A stretch of 64,000 nucleotides of DNA from a virus (lineage: Duplodnaviria > Heunggongvirae > Uroviricota > Caudoviricetes), in IMG/VR virus record IMGVR_UViG_3300015262_000002, positions 39,828 to 103,827 of that record, one strand, 5' to 3'. Below are positions 29,551-37,644 of this stretch, one piece after another. Numbering within the stretch: position 1 is the stretch's first letter; each line of letters opens with the position of its first letter. The position numbers and the translations under genes were made by a program. Below the pieces are notes generated by a model, which was not told where the DNA came from, made no database searches, and saw nothing but the letters and a program-made list of their open reading frames with translations.

Positions 29551-29748
29551 TTATTGATTATACCAATGGACATGTGTTGCACCTTCCGGTGGGTAATCAG
29601 ACCAAACACCATAACTGTAGCTGTAGTGTGTTTCAGTTCCATAATAACCATTACCATCATCTGGAATGAATGCACCAACGTCAACACAACCATCAAACTC
29701 AGGGATCGACATTACGTCAGCATACTCATCTCGTTTTTGATTAAACAT
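29551..29748 (-). CDS. hypothetical protein
   Basis: ORF in the leftward operon. Confidence 0.4.
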   Translation of the reverse strand: MFNQKRDEYADVMSIPEFDGCVDVGAFIPDDGNGYYGTETHYSYSYGVWSDYPPEGATHVHWYNQ

Positions 29749-29972
29749 TACTCAGTCCTCTTGACTTCATGTTCAAATGTACCGATAGGGTACGTTGGCT
29801 CTACTCGCTTGTCAACCTTTTGCTTCACAACAGTAGAGCATTTCAACTCAGGTTGATTAAGTTGTAACTTGTACACATACGACGTTGAGCAAGCCGCTGC
29901 AATCATACCAAGAAGAGCACCACCAACTACACAAACAAACTTATTCATCGTAATCAATACCCAACCAATCAA
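29748..29972 (-). CDS. putative lipoprotein
   Basis: An N-terminal signal with a lipobox-like MIAAAC. Confidence 0.45.
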   Translation of the reverse strand: MIGWVLITMNKFVCVVGGALLGMIAAACSTSYVYKLQLNQPELKCSTVVKQKVDKRVEPTYPIGTFEHEVKRTE

Positions 29973-30132
29973 GTGCTTCGTCTACGCTTTCGAACAACAT
30001 ACGACCACCATCTTTAGGAACACGCTTATCACCTTTGAATGCTTTGTCATTGTAGTTTATAATCCATGACTTCGGTGTTTCACGAATCAACGAACATGAT
30101 ATCATGTTACCGTTTGGACTTGCAATAATCAT
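29941..30132 (-). CDS. hypothetical protein
   Basis: ORF with an ATGA overlap on its neighbour. Confidence 0.4.
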   Translation of the reverse strand: MIIASPNGNMISCSLIRETPKSWIINYNDKAFKGDKRVPKDGGRMLFESVDEALDWLGIDYDE

Positions 30133-30245
30133 TCTGTTTCTTCCTCTTCATCGCATTCATGGCAATAACCACGATAGTACATCTCATGTTCCTCACAATA
30201 ATATTGAGGATTGCAACTATCACAATCAGGTGAGAGACAATACAT
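30129..30245 (-). CDS. Cys-rich mini-protein of 38 aa (MYCLSPDCDSCNPQYYCEEHEMYYRGYCHECDEEEETE)
   Basis: An AAGGAAG SD lies 7 nt upstream. The ORF has ATGA coupling with its neighbour and is not in the 60-aa ORF track. Confidence 0.4.
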   Translation of the reverse strand: MYCLSPDCDSCNPQYYCEEHEMYYRGYCHECDEEEETE

Positions 30246-30246
30246 A

Positions 30247-31431
30247 TTAGTCTTCCTTAATTAAAAATCGGTTCGATATCACTTTAAAGCTAAAGTCACG
30301 ATTGATTGCTTTGTATACCCAACCTTCTCTCATTTTACCATTCAAACCGCTTGGTCCATCAGCATCTTCAATTGCATCTACAACTGTTGCTGGGAGAGTT
30401 ACAATACCAGCTGATGGTACAGCCTGCAAGTTGTATTTTGCAATTAGCTCAACTCGCTCTGCTGGCAACAAATACTTCTGTTTGTCAATATCAAAGATAT
30501 CATAGATGTAAAATTGGTTAGACTTGACACCTTCGAAGTTCTTCTGAATGCTTGGACCAACCATCTCACCTTGGATTGCAAGGTTACAGTTCAGGCGTAC
30601 AAGCGCATCAGTAACACCAGAGTTCTTAGCCATTTGAGTGAAAGCATTGTTATCTGGTTCAAGTTGTGTTACGAGCTTAGCATGACGGAATCCATGTTTC
30701 TTAACTTGTTTGACGTAATCACGGAACGATTGAACAAAACCTTTGTTCTCAACTTGCATACGGAACGACACATTACGAGAAGCAACGCCCAACACACTGT
30801 CTTTCAGCCAAACAGTCATAGAGCTACCGTCAAGTTTGAATGTCTTCTCAAACAGTTCACCATCTGTAACAGACTGCAAGTAACGAGGAACAATGTTCTG
30901 CACACGGTTCTGGTCAGTCTTTGGAATGAACGATGGGAATGGTTTAGTAGTACGACTTTTAACACCGTCGGAAGTACCAGCGTTATTCATTGAACGCTCT
31001 TCACCCTTCTCATACTTCAGGATACCGAGAGTCTTGGTAAAGTCCATATCAACATCACAAGTTGGACTTGCGTTGACTTCCGAAAGAGGCACACAGAAAC
31101 CTTGTGACAAATGTTTCATCAACTTTGCTGTTTTGATACGAGCATAACCACGTCCATCAATCTCAAACAACAGTTTAGAACTAAGACGATCGGCTAGTTC
31201 TGCAAATGCAGGATGTGCGGTTGGAAGTAGAGAATCAACTTCGAAATACATGCACTTGTTACCAGCAGTGTACAACCCTTTACCCACAACTACTTGCCAA
31301 CCACCGATGAGAGCCAGTTCAATGCGATCTGCCCCAGAAATTGGATGAAGTGAATCAATTTGTACAACACGAGCCAGTTTACGGTCACTCATTATATTCT
31401 CCATTTTGTTTATCAATTGCGTCTTGAACAA
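30247..31431 (-). CDS. ATP-dependent ligase-family nucleotidyltransferase, most likely an RNA ligase (DRB0094-like)
   Basis: Motif I is KLDGSS, motif IV is EGWVYK and motif V is FKVISNRFLIK. The N-terminal domain reads RVVQIDSLHPISGADRIELALIGGWQVVVGKG. Confidence 0.6.
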   Translation of the reverse strand: MFKTQLINKMENIMSDRKLARVVQIDSLHPISGADRIELALIGGWQVVVGKGLYTAGNKCMYFEVDSLLPTAHPAFAELADRLSSKLLFEIDGRGYARIKTAKLMKHLSQGFCVPLSEVNASPTCDVDMDFTKTLGILKYEKGEERSMNNAGTSDGVKSRTTKPFPSFIPKTDQNRVQNIVPRYLQSVTDGELFEKTFKLDGSSMTVWLKDSVLGVASRNVSFRMQVENKGFVQSFRDYVKQVKKHGFRHAKLVTQLEPDNNAFTQMAKNSGVTDALVRLNCNLAIQGEMVGPSIQKNFEGVKSNQFYIYDIFDIDKQKYLLPAERVELIAKYNLQAVPSAGIVTLPATVVDAIEDADGPSGLNGKMREGWVYKAINRDFSFKVISNRFLIKED

Positions 31432-31684
31432 TCAGTGTTAGTTTGTCATCGAAGTAATTAGCGAACTCAGCAACGGTCCCTTCATTGTCAGGTAACCAGA
31501 GTTCATAATTAATATCTCGCACAAGCGAATCAACACCACTCACTTGGAATGTTGTTTCTCTATATCCATAGAATTCAATATCGGAGGCAGCATTTGGGTC
31601 AAACGTACCTCTGATATTGTAGTCTTCAATGTCTTTGACATGAAATCTAATGCCGTCACTGAACCTTAAATCATATAGTTCCAA
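31385..31684 (-). CDS. hypothetical protein with a TTG start
   Basis: The only start in the ORF is TTG, and a small upstream ORF overlaps it. Confidence 0.35.
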   Translation of the reverse strand: MELYDLRFSDGIRFHVKDIEDYNIRGTFDPNAASDIEFYGYRETTFQVSGVDSLVRDINYELWLPDNEGTVAEFANYFDDKLTLIVQDAIDKQNGEYNE

Positions 31685-31790
31685 TCTTCTATACTCCTCA
31701 AACTATCTCGCAAATACACTGCTTCTTTAACCGTATTGCAGACAATGCGTTGGTAACCCGCAGTTGTCCACACCCAAAGTATATATTTCA

Positions 31791-33434
31791 TTAATCCCCC
31801 AACATCTCCCTTACTTCACGATCTAGCTGACGCACTTGCTTTCTCACAGTTTGTTTGAACATATCGTCAACGTCAAGTTCAGATGTAATCTCATGTTCAT
31901 ACTGAGTCATTACCGTACAACGTTCGATCATATGAACAACAGTTTGATTATAACCTAGCAATTTCTTAGTGCGAGTCAAAGCAACATACAACAAGTTACG
32001 TTCCATGTCCTGAAGACCAACCCACTTACCTTGTTGATCATATGGTGATGGAAAGTCATCAGCCAGAATAACAACGTCAAATTCACGACCTTTTGCCTTG
32101 TGAGCAGTAGTGAGTGTTACGTCAGGATCTTGACAGTTTTTATGTGTGGACAACACATTCAATATTTTATGAACAGAACCATTCTGAACCATATTGAATA
32201 CACGAAGCAACTCACCTTGTACGGCTTCAGCTTCAGTACCACACTCTTCCCATGATGCAAACTGTACAAGACTTTCGTGTTTAACCTTTGGAAGATTACC
32301 ACGATGAAGTTCAATTGCCGAATCAAGCAACTTGGTAAAGTCGGATACATCAATTTCCAGATTGACACGTTTGCATTGTTCCAGCAAATCAACGGCTTCA
32401 AAGATCAAGGCACCATTAGTACGGAACAACATGGTGTACTGACCATCCCAGACAGACTGGTCAAGTTCATGTTTAGGAACTGCTTGTGTGTCTAGCTTCT
32501 CCCAGCCTTTAACTGCTGTAACCTTACGACCATCACGAGCCAGAACAATGTCAGCAAGATCACCAATAACCTGACCGAAGCGGAAGCTCTTAGAGAGTTG
32601 AGTTTCTGGCCAATCTAATTGTAACATACCATTCACAGCACCACGCCACGAGTAAATGTTTTGATAGCCGTCACCTACACCAATCAACTTACAACGACCT
32701 TGTTGCTGTAGGAAGATGTCCAGCACAACTCCTGACGTATCTTGAATTTCATCAAGATACAATGTGTCGTAAACAGATAGATCGGGTTTTGATAGTTGGT
32801 ACAGCTTCAAATATGTATCATGTGTCGCCAGTACATCACTCCGTAGATCAATTCGAAGTCTCCATAGTTTCTGAGCGCAACTGAGAACCAAATACTTAAA
32901 AGCACGCATACCACTTTCACATTTAAGTAAAACTTGATCACAAGCATTGGTAGATACATGCTTATAACTAAGTTCCACATCGGGTGATTGCTCAAACTTA
33001 GCTACTGTCTCTTTGATGGCTACACCAACACCACCAGCTTTCATCTTACGGTTTTCTTTTTCACCATCAACCTTGTAGAGAAAATCACCAGTTTTGAAAT
33101 ACTTTGCTATTTCTGTCCCTGTCCCTGCAACATTCTTGTAAGCACCTTGTGGACGCTTTAGTTTGTGTTGAAGTTGTACACCAAACGAAGCATACGCCAA
33201 ACTATGCGTTGTTCTACAGGTCACCCACGACGGAAACTTCTCCTTAGCTTCATCGGCTAAAGATTTGTTAAAAGTCAACATCAAACTATTTTGAGGATTC
33301 TCATTGGCAATCATGCACAATGTTGAAGTCTTGGTGCACCCAGCGTAAGCCTTAATAAGTAACTCACTGTGAAGCCTCGACATTTTAACAGCATTTAGTT
33401 GCTCTTCTGTTGGTACAATTGCACTTGTCATCAA
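31791..33434 (-). CDS. SF1 UvrD/Rep-like helicase
   Basis: Motif II reads LYLDEIQDTSG, and a C-terminal UvrD-like region reads TLTTAHKAKGREFDVVIL. The Walker A is atypical (AGCTKTST). Confidence 0.65.
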   Translation of the reverse strand: MMTSAIVPTEEQLNAVKMSRLHSELLIKAYAGCTKTSTLCMIANENPQNSLMLTFNKSLADEAKEKFPSWVTCRTTHSLAYASFGVQLQHKLKRPQGAYKNVAGTGTEIAKYFKTGDFLYKVDGEKENRKMKAGGVGVAIKETVAKFEQSPDVELSYKHVSTNACDQVLLKCESGMRAFKYLVLSCAQKLWRLRIDLRSDVLATHDTYLKLYQLSKPDLSVYDTLYLDEIQDTSGVVLDIFLQQQGRCKLIGVGDGYQNIYSWRGAVNGMLQLDWPETQLSKSFRFGQVIGDLADIVLARDGRKVTAVKGWEKLDTQAVPKHELDQSVWDGQYTMLFRTNGALIFEAVDLLEQCKRVNLEIDVSDFTKLLDSAIELHRGNLPKVKHESLVQFASWEECGTEAEAVQGELLRVFNMVQNGSVHKILNVLSTHKNCQDPDVTLTTAHKAKGREFDVVILADDFPSPYDQQGKWVGLQDMERNLLYVALTRTKKLLGYNQTVVHMIERCTVMTQYEHEITSELDVDDMFKQTVRKQVRQLDREVREMLGD

Positions 33435-34009
33435 GAGTTACCCTTTGTGATTCTGTTGTAGTTGATCAAAGAATCAAATGCTTTTTCATCAATCTGATCC
33501 TTGAACTTTGTAGCCAGCTCTTTTATTCGTGAAATCTTAGCTGTTCGGTATACAGCAAATGCTTCTTCCTGTGAATCGTATCTTCCTAGATTCTTATTCT
33601 TTCCATTGTATGCCAATGATGCCATATATTTTCCACCGTTTAAACTCACACCAGATGGACAATCACCAACATTCACCCTGTTCGATTGCAGGGCAATATT
33701 AACACTTTTCGGCAGAAGACAGCAAGTGTCTTCGCTATAAACAGTACCATCACCTAAAAGGTCTTTATCGAGGTGAATACCGTCCAAACCATAACCGACT
33801 TGATTAGTCACCCACTCATAGAATACATCATAGTCTGCCCAGCTTTGTTGATATGTCGTACCTTTGTATGTTGGATACTTTAACCAATACGCTTCACTAC
33901 AGCGTTCCAACATATGTCTCCAATGAGAGTATGCAGGATTAGCTTTGTTGTTTCCAGCAGAAACTTTTGTGGGGTTGATCCATTTATTAGGTCTACCCAT
34001 TATTAACAC
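33431..34009 (-). CDS. HNH/AP2-type homing-endonuclease-like protein
   Basis: An AP2-like region reads GKYMASLAYNGKNKNLGRYDSQEEAFAVYRTAK. It is paralogous to 58769-59374. The start is GTG or an internal ATG. Confidence 0.5.
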   Translation of the reverse strand: MLIMGRPNKWINPTKVSAGNNKANPAYSHWRHMLERCSEAYWLKYPTYKGTTYQQSWADYDVFYEWVTNQVGYGLDGIHLDKDLLGDGTVYSEDTCCLLPKSVNIALQSNRVNVGDCPSGVSLNGGKYMASLAYNGKNKNLGRYDSQEEAFAVYRTAKISRIKELATKFKDQIDEKAFDSLINYNRITKGNS

Positions 34010-34165
34010 TCATTTAAACCATTCCTTTATTCGCCACCAAAGTGGCTTGTTGATGTGTTTAGGTAGTAGCTGTACACGGTTCTGAGGCGGTGTGCAACCC
34101 CAATGTTGATAACCGGATGACTTCCCTTTGACTCCTTCATTTGAATACTTTCGATTACTTTTCAT
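34010..34165 (-). CDS. small ORF of 51 aa
   Basis: Its TGA overlaps the GTG start of the downstream gene. Not in the ORF track. Confidence 0.25.
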   Translation of the reverse strand: MKSNRKYSNEGVKGKSSGYQHWGCTPPQNRVQLLPKHINKPLWWRIKEWFK

Positions 34166-34250
34166 CTGTTTTCTTATTAAATCCAGTGCTGTTCAGCAAA
34201 ATCAATATAGTCTTCTGCATCAAATTTGCTGTCATTCGACTCACGAAGCA

Positions 34251-34385
34251 TTATTTTACCTGTTCCCATGTGAAGAGTGGAACAACGTTATCCAAGCGTC
34301 TGGTTTTGGTTACACTAAACCCTACGATATAATCTGTAGTTTGTAGCTTCTCTTTCATATACGCAGTAGCTTTCAATGTTGTCAT
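34251..34385 (-). CDS. small ORF of 44 aa
   Basis: ATGA overlap with the upstream gene. Not in the ORF track. Confidence 0.25.
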   Translation of the reverse strand: MTTLKATAYMKEKLQTTDYIVGFSVTKTRRLDNVVPLFTWEQVK

Positions 34386-34720
34386 TTCATCTTCCTGAAT
34401 TTTGCTGGGTATGGATAGTTGTCGAAAACGTCAACTGATGTCAGTCGAATACAACTGGTCATCAGACGTACACAACGCTCATAGTATGGAGCTTCTTCTG
34501 CAATTCCGTACCGCCAACCATTCACAGGATTCAGACCATCGATCCAATCTTTAACCGACATCAGGTTGTAATCCTTGACAATCTTACTCAGCACCTGAGC
34601 CAAATGGTGGTCGGTGAAATCATGGTGATAAAGCTTGGAGTACAGTCGTCTGATTCTGAAGTCAGGTGAATTGCTTTTCAAAGCCCTGACAAACAATGCG
34701 TCATACTTGTTCACATCCAA
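34382..34720 (-). CDS. hypothetical protein
   Basis: ORF in the leftward operon. Confidence 0.5.
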   Translation of the reverse strand: MDVNKYDALFVRALKSNSPDFRIRRLYSKLYHHDFTDHHLAQVLSKIVKDYNLMSVKDWIDGLNPVNGWRYGIAEEAPYYERCVRLMTSCIRLTSVDVFDNYPYPAKFRKMK

Positions 34721-34944
34721 TCCTCAGTGATGTTACCTTCAGTCAAGTACCCTACACTCTTCAACTCAAGGATACAATCACAAATCACATAAGCACGAAA
34801 GCTTCCATTGTGATGACCTTCACCAATAATGAACAATTCTACAGCAGCCACCTTCAGAGCTTCAGGGAGTGCGTATCCAAAGGAACGGGCATTTGGAACC
34901 ACCGATTCAACTTTGTCCCAAACGTAATCGAGTTTCCATTTCAT
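34711..34944 (-). CDS. hypothetical protein
   Basis: ORF in the leftward operon. Confidence 0.45.
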   Translation of the reverse strand: MKWKLDYVWDKVESVVPNARSFGYALPEALKVAAVELFIIGEGHHNGSFRAYVICDCILELKSVGYLTEGNITEDWM

Positions 34945-35063
34945 TTCAAATTCCTTACCATGAGTGTAAAGTATACATCGATTTTACAATCGTCGCTCAT
35001 TTCGCAACCTGTGTCAACAGAATTCATCAAATGAGTGTAGTAAGCAGCGACGTGACTACTCAT
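34941..35063 (-). CDS. small ORF of 40 aa
   Basis: A GAGG SD, with ATGA coupling to the downstream gene. Confidence 0.25.
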   Translation of the reverse strand: MSSHVAAYYTHLMNSVDTGCEMSDDCKIDVYFTLMVRNLK

Positions 35064-35064
35064 T

Positions 35065-35340
35065 TCACTCAACCTCGGTCAGAATGTAACCCATCTCAAT
35101 CAATCGAGCATCACACCAATCTCTACTAGGTTGATACCGTCCATATTCAGGAGAACAACCTTTTGGACCTTCTTGCCAATTCTTGTAATCTTGGAACCAG
35201 TCACCATTGTAAGGAGAAACCCTCACACGAGGCGTCTTTTCAATAAATGCAACACGATTCTCAATCTCTTCACGATCAGTTCCCAGCACGTAACGCATGG
35301 AACAATGGTCTTCCATAACCCAACCACTTAGTCTGCTCAT
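35065..35340 (-). CDS. hypothetical protein
   Basis: ORF in the leftward operon. Confidence 0.5.
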   Translation of the reverse strand: MSRLSGWVMEDHCSMRYVLGTDREEIENRVAFIEKTPRVRVSPYNGDWFQDYKNWQEGPKGCSPEYGRYQPSRDWCDARLIEMGYILTEVE

Positions 35341-35582
35341 TTCAATTTCTCCAACGGAATCAAGTCCGTGAGTGGACGTTTCAAAGTTGGCTGTCCATCA
35401 TTTTTCCAGTGTTGAGCGGGTAGTCCATATGGTCGTTCTTCAACATCACTTGCCCAATAATCGTTCACATGATACCACAAACCACCTTCTAGTCTATAGT
35501 AGCATTCCAACCAGTTATCTGTCTCAGGTGCCCAATGTGTGGCGTTCTTTGGTGCGTTGTTAATGTTTGTAGGTTTATCCAT
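35337..35582 (-). CDS. hypothetical protein, the first gene of the leftward operon
   Basis: The start was reassigned to the ATG at 35582 with an AAGGAGA SD, because the leftward promoter's -10 lies inside the longer track ORF. Confidence 0.5.
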   Translation of the reverse strand: MDKPTNINNAPKNATHWAPETDNWLECYYRLEGGLWYHVNDYWASDVEERPYGLPAQHWKNDGQPTLKRPLTDLIPLEKLK

Positions 35583-35607
35583 GGTCGTTCTCCTTGGGAA
35601 TGTCGCC

Positions 35608-35635
35608 ATCATACACCACTGATTCATCATGTCAA
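35608..35635 (-). promoter_or_regulatory. leftward sigma70 promoter, TTGACA-N16-TATGAT
   Basis: Hexamers were read on the minus strand. Confidence 0.5.
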
Positions 35636-35640
35636 GGGTA

Positions 35641-35669
35641 TTGACAAAATCAACTCACCTCTGTAGAAT
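35641..35669 (+). promoter_or_regulatory. rightward sigma70 promoter, TTGACA-N17-TAGAAT, divergent from the leftward one
   Basis: Hexamers were read from the sequence. The two -35 boxes are 5 nt apart. Confidence 0.55.
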
Positions 35670-36005
35670 GGGCAACCTTGAAGCAGACAAAGCTTCTCGC
35701 ACTGAGAAAGAAATGTCTCGCACTCACCGGCTCAGTGTTAAAGGTTATGAAGAGGGACGATCCTAGACCAACCTCAGTCTGAGTTCACTACAGGGGATCA
35801 TACCGGAAACGGGAGGGGTGAACAATCTAGCAATGCTCTTGCATTGTTGCTACACATATTGTAGCCTGACAACGACTCAAGAAGACGTTAAAGTCAGTCA
35901 GATAGTCAAACAGAGTTCTTAGGCATCAAGTTATTGGTGTATGGACCCTGTAGGATCAGTCTGTCTACTGACTTTTGATCTAAGAAGATATAGGAGAAGC
36001 AGTGT

Positions 36006-36209
36006 ATGGAAAGACCTACAACAGCCTTATGGGATAAGAGTTATCGTCAAGACATGTTAGATTGGTGTACTTGGAATGTCAGTAACACAACGATTGACAA
36101 CCTTCCTGAATTCATGAGATGGTTCATGCGACAAGAGAACGGTAAGATGAACCCACAATACATACAGGATGCATGGGAGAAGAAAGATGTTGACAAACTG
36201 GTTGGATAA
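36006..36209 (+). CDS. hypothetical protein
   Basis: ORF with an AGGAGAAG SD. Confidence 0.5.
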   Translation: MERPTTALWDKSYRQDMLDWCTWNVSNTTIDNLPEFMRWFMRQENGKMNPQYIQDAWEKKDVDKLVG

Positions 36210-36284
36210 CTTCATTATGCTCATCGCCAGACACGGAAAGACAGAGTGTATGGAATGCGGAACATTTAAGCCTAAAGGAACACC

Positions 36285-36578
36285 TTGCAGATGTCGATCT
36301 ACGATGAAAAGTTTATGCAGTTGCACAAAGCATTAAGAGCAATGTCTGATGTGATTTTGGAATTCCACACTGGCTCCAGTGAATCAACTCAGAAACTTGA
36401 GTTGGAGATGTATAAGCTTGATGAATTAATGAAAGGTGTTGATGTCACTGTTGACATGGTTCATGATCTTCGTAACCTTACAGGTGAAGGAATGATGGCT
36501 TGTCGTAAAGCATTAATTCAAGCTCGTGGTGATGAAGAGAAAGCAGTTGACTATCTCAGAACTTCAGGTAACATCTAA
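36285..36578 (+). CDS. hypothetical protein whose C-terminus carries an EF-Ts N-terminal-like signature
   Basis: LRNLTGEGMMACRKALIQARGDEEKAVDYLRTSG closely matches the EF-Ts N-terminal signature (one deviation, R for K). Confidence 0.5.
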   Translation: MQMSIYDEKFMQLHKALRAMSDVILEFHTGSSESTQKLELEMYKLDELMKGVDVTVDMVHDLRNLTGEGMMACRKALIQARGDEEKAVDYLRTSGNI

Positions 36579-36579
36579 C

Positions 36580-36696
36580 ATGTTCAATCTAGTAGTGGTT
36601 CATGTGATATTGGTTCTATTCGTTGTCAACTTAATCATTGGTTGTTTTCTTGTTGTACGTGGTGTACGATACTCGAAAATCATATCACTTGTTTAG
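36580..36696 (+). CDS. small hydrophobic peptide of 38 aa
   Basis: Its ATG lies 2 nt after the upstream stop, and the entire ORF is hydrophobic. Confidence 0.25.
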   Translation: MFNLVVVHVILVLFVVNLIIGCFLVVRGVRYSKIISLV

Positions 36697-36792
36697 GTGC
36701 TCTTCTTATATACGAATCGCAATACATGATTAAAGAGTTGATTACAGTAATCAAAGAATTTTCGAAATAACTGATTGACAGGAGAAAATTAA

Positions 36793-37116
36793 GTGGCGTA
36801 TCGTAAGCTTGAAGTGAAAGATGTTGTAAAGGTTAGTAAATACGGTCATGAAAACCATGGTATGTTTATGGTAGTTGAATATGTGAGTGGTGATTCGGTA
36901 AGACTAAACAACCAAGAGTGGTTTTACCAGAAAGACTTGTTGTTGTCTGTTCACGAGAAGGTTGAGGATTATGAGGCTTGGTTGAAACGTTTCGACAGCC
37001 TTGATAGTGAAGATCTAAACTTTCCTGACAATGAAGAGTTGTACAAAGGTAATTTGCTTGAACGGATTGTAAAACTCGAACAAGAAATTGTTGACTTGAA
37101 GAAACGACTAACGTAG
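36793..37116 (+). CDS. hypothetical protein with a C-terminal coiled coil
   Basis: ORF with a GTG start. Confidence 0.4.
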   Translation: MAYRKLEVKDVVKVSKYGHENHGMFMVVEYVSGDSVRLNNQEWFYQKDLLLSVHEKVEDYEAWLKRFDSLDSEDLNFPDNEELYKGNLLERIVKLEQEIVDLKKRLT

Positions 37117-37287
37117 ACTTCACCAACTCAAACAACAACTTACCATTAGGGGATATTTGTGGAACAGTCTTTGAAAGCAATGCAGGAACGTAATGTACAA
37201 CGTGAAAATGATTTGCGTGTGATGGCTACACTTGTTGACCAACTTGCATTGATTCCCAACGAGTTTAAAACAAAACGAAAATAAAGC

Positions 37288-37316
37288 TTGACGATGTATA
37301 CCAACCTCTGTATAAT
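37288..37316 (+). promoter_or_regulatory. sigma70 promoter, TTGACG-N17-TATAAT, driving the tRNA-like RNA
   Basis: Hexamers were read from the sequence. Confidence 0.5.
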
Positions 37317-37330
37317 TGGTGACATAAAAA

Positions 37331-37494
37331 GACACGGTGATGGAATTGGTAGACAGACTGGAGGATTCAGTATAAGGTGACAGTTACTGATGATACCGGG
37401 GTGATTCACAGGTAAACGTCCTGTAAGGTTAGCTTTAAGCACAACAGTGAAACGTACTGTGTAGCATGTGGGTTCGACTCCCACCCGTGTCACC
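37331..37494 (+). ncRNA. 164-nt tRNA-like RNA
   Basis: A perfect 7-bp terminal acceptor stem (GACACGG/CCGTGTC), a Leu-type D-loop (GGAATTGGTAGAC), and a canonical T-arm (GTGGG-TTCGACT-CCCAC). An internal ~80 nt contains two near-identical hairpins. Confidence 0.5.
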
Positions 37495-37644
37495 TTATTT
37501 AAAACAGATGGAGAGCTTCTGTGATCAAGTTTAAACCACTCCGAATGGAGTATGGATGTAAGCGTTGTGGTAGTAGCTTCCTTTGCGTCTGTGATTGACA
37601 CAGAGCTTCGCAAACATTAAATTTTAAAACACTAGGAGAAACAC

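Noticed and set aside
35583-35630. ATG at 35630 as the start of the first leftward gene
   Set aside because: The leftward promoter's -10 box lies within this stretch, so the mRNA would begin downstream. An ATG with a strong SD exists at 35582.
37331-37494. Reading the 164-nt element as two adjacent tRNAs or as a long-variable-arm tRNA-Leu
   Set aside because: Only one acceptor pairing and one T-arm exist. The length is about twice that of any type II tRNA. No internal 3' end or second 5' acceptor could be found.
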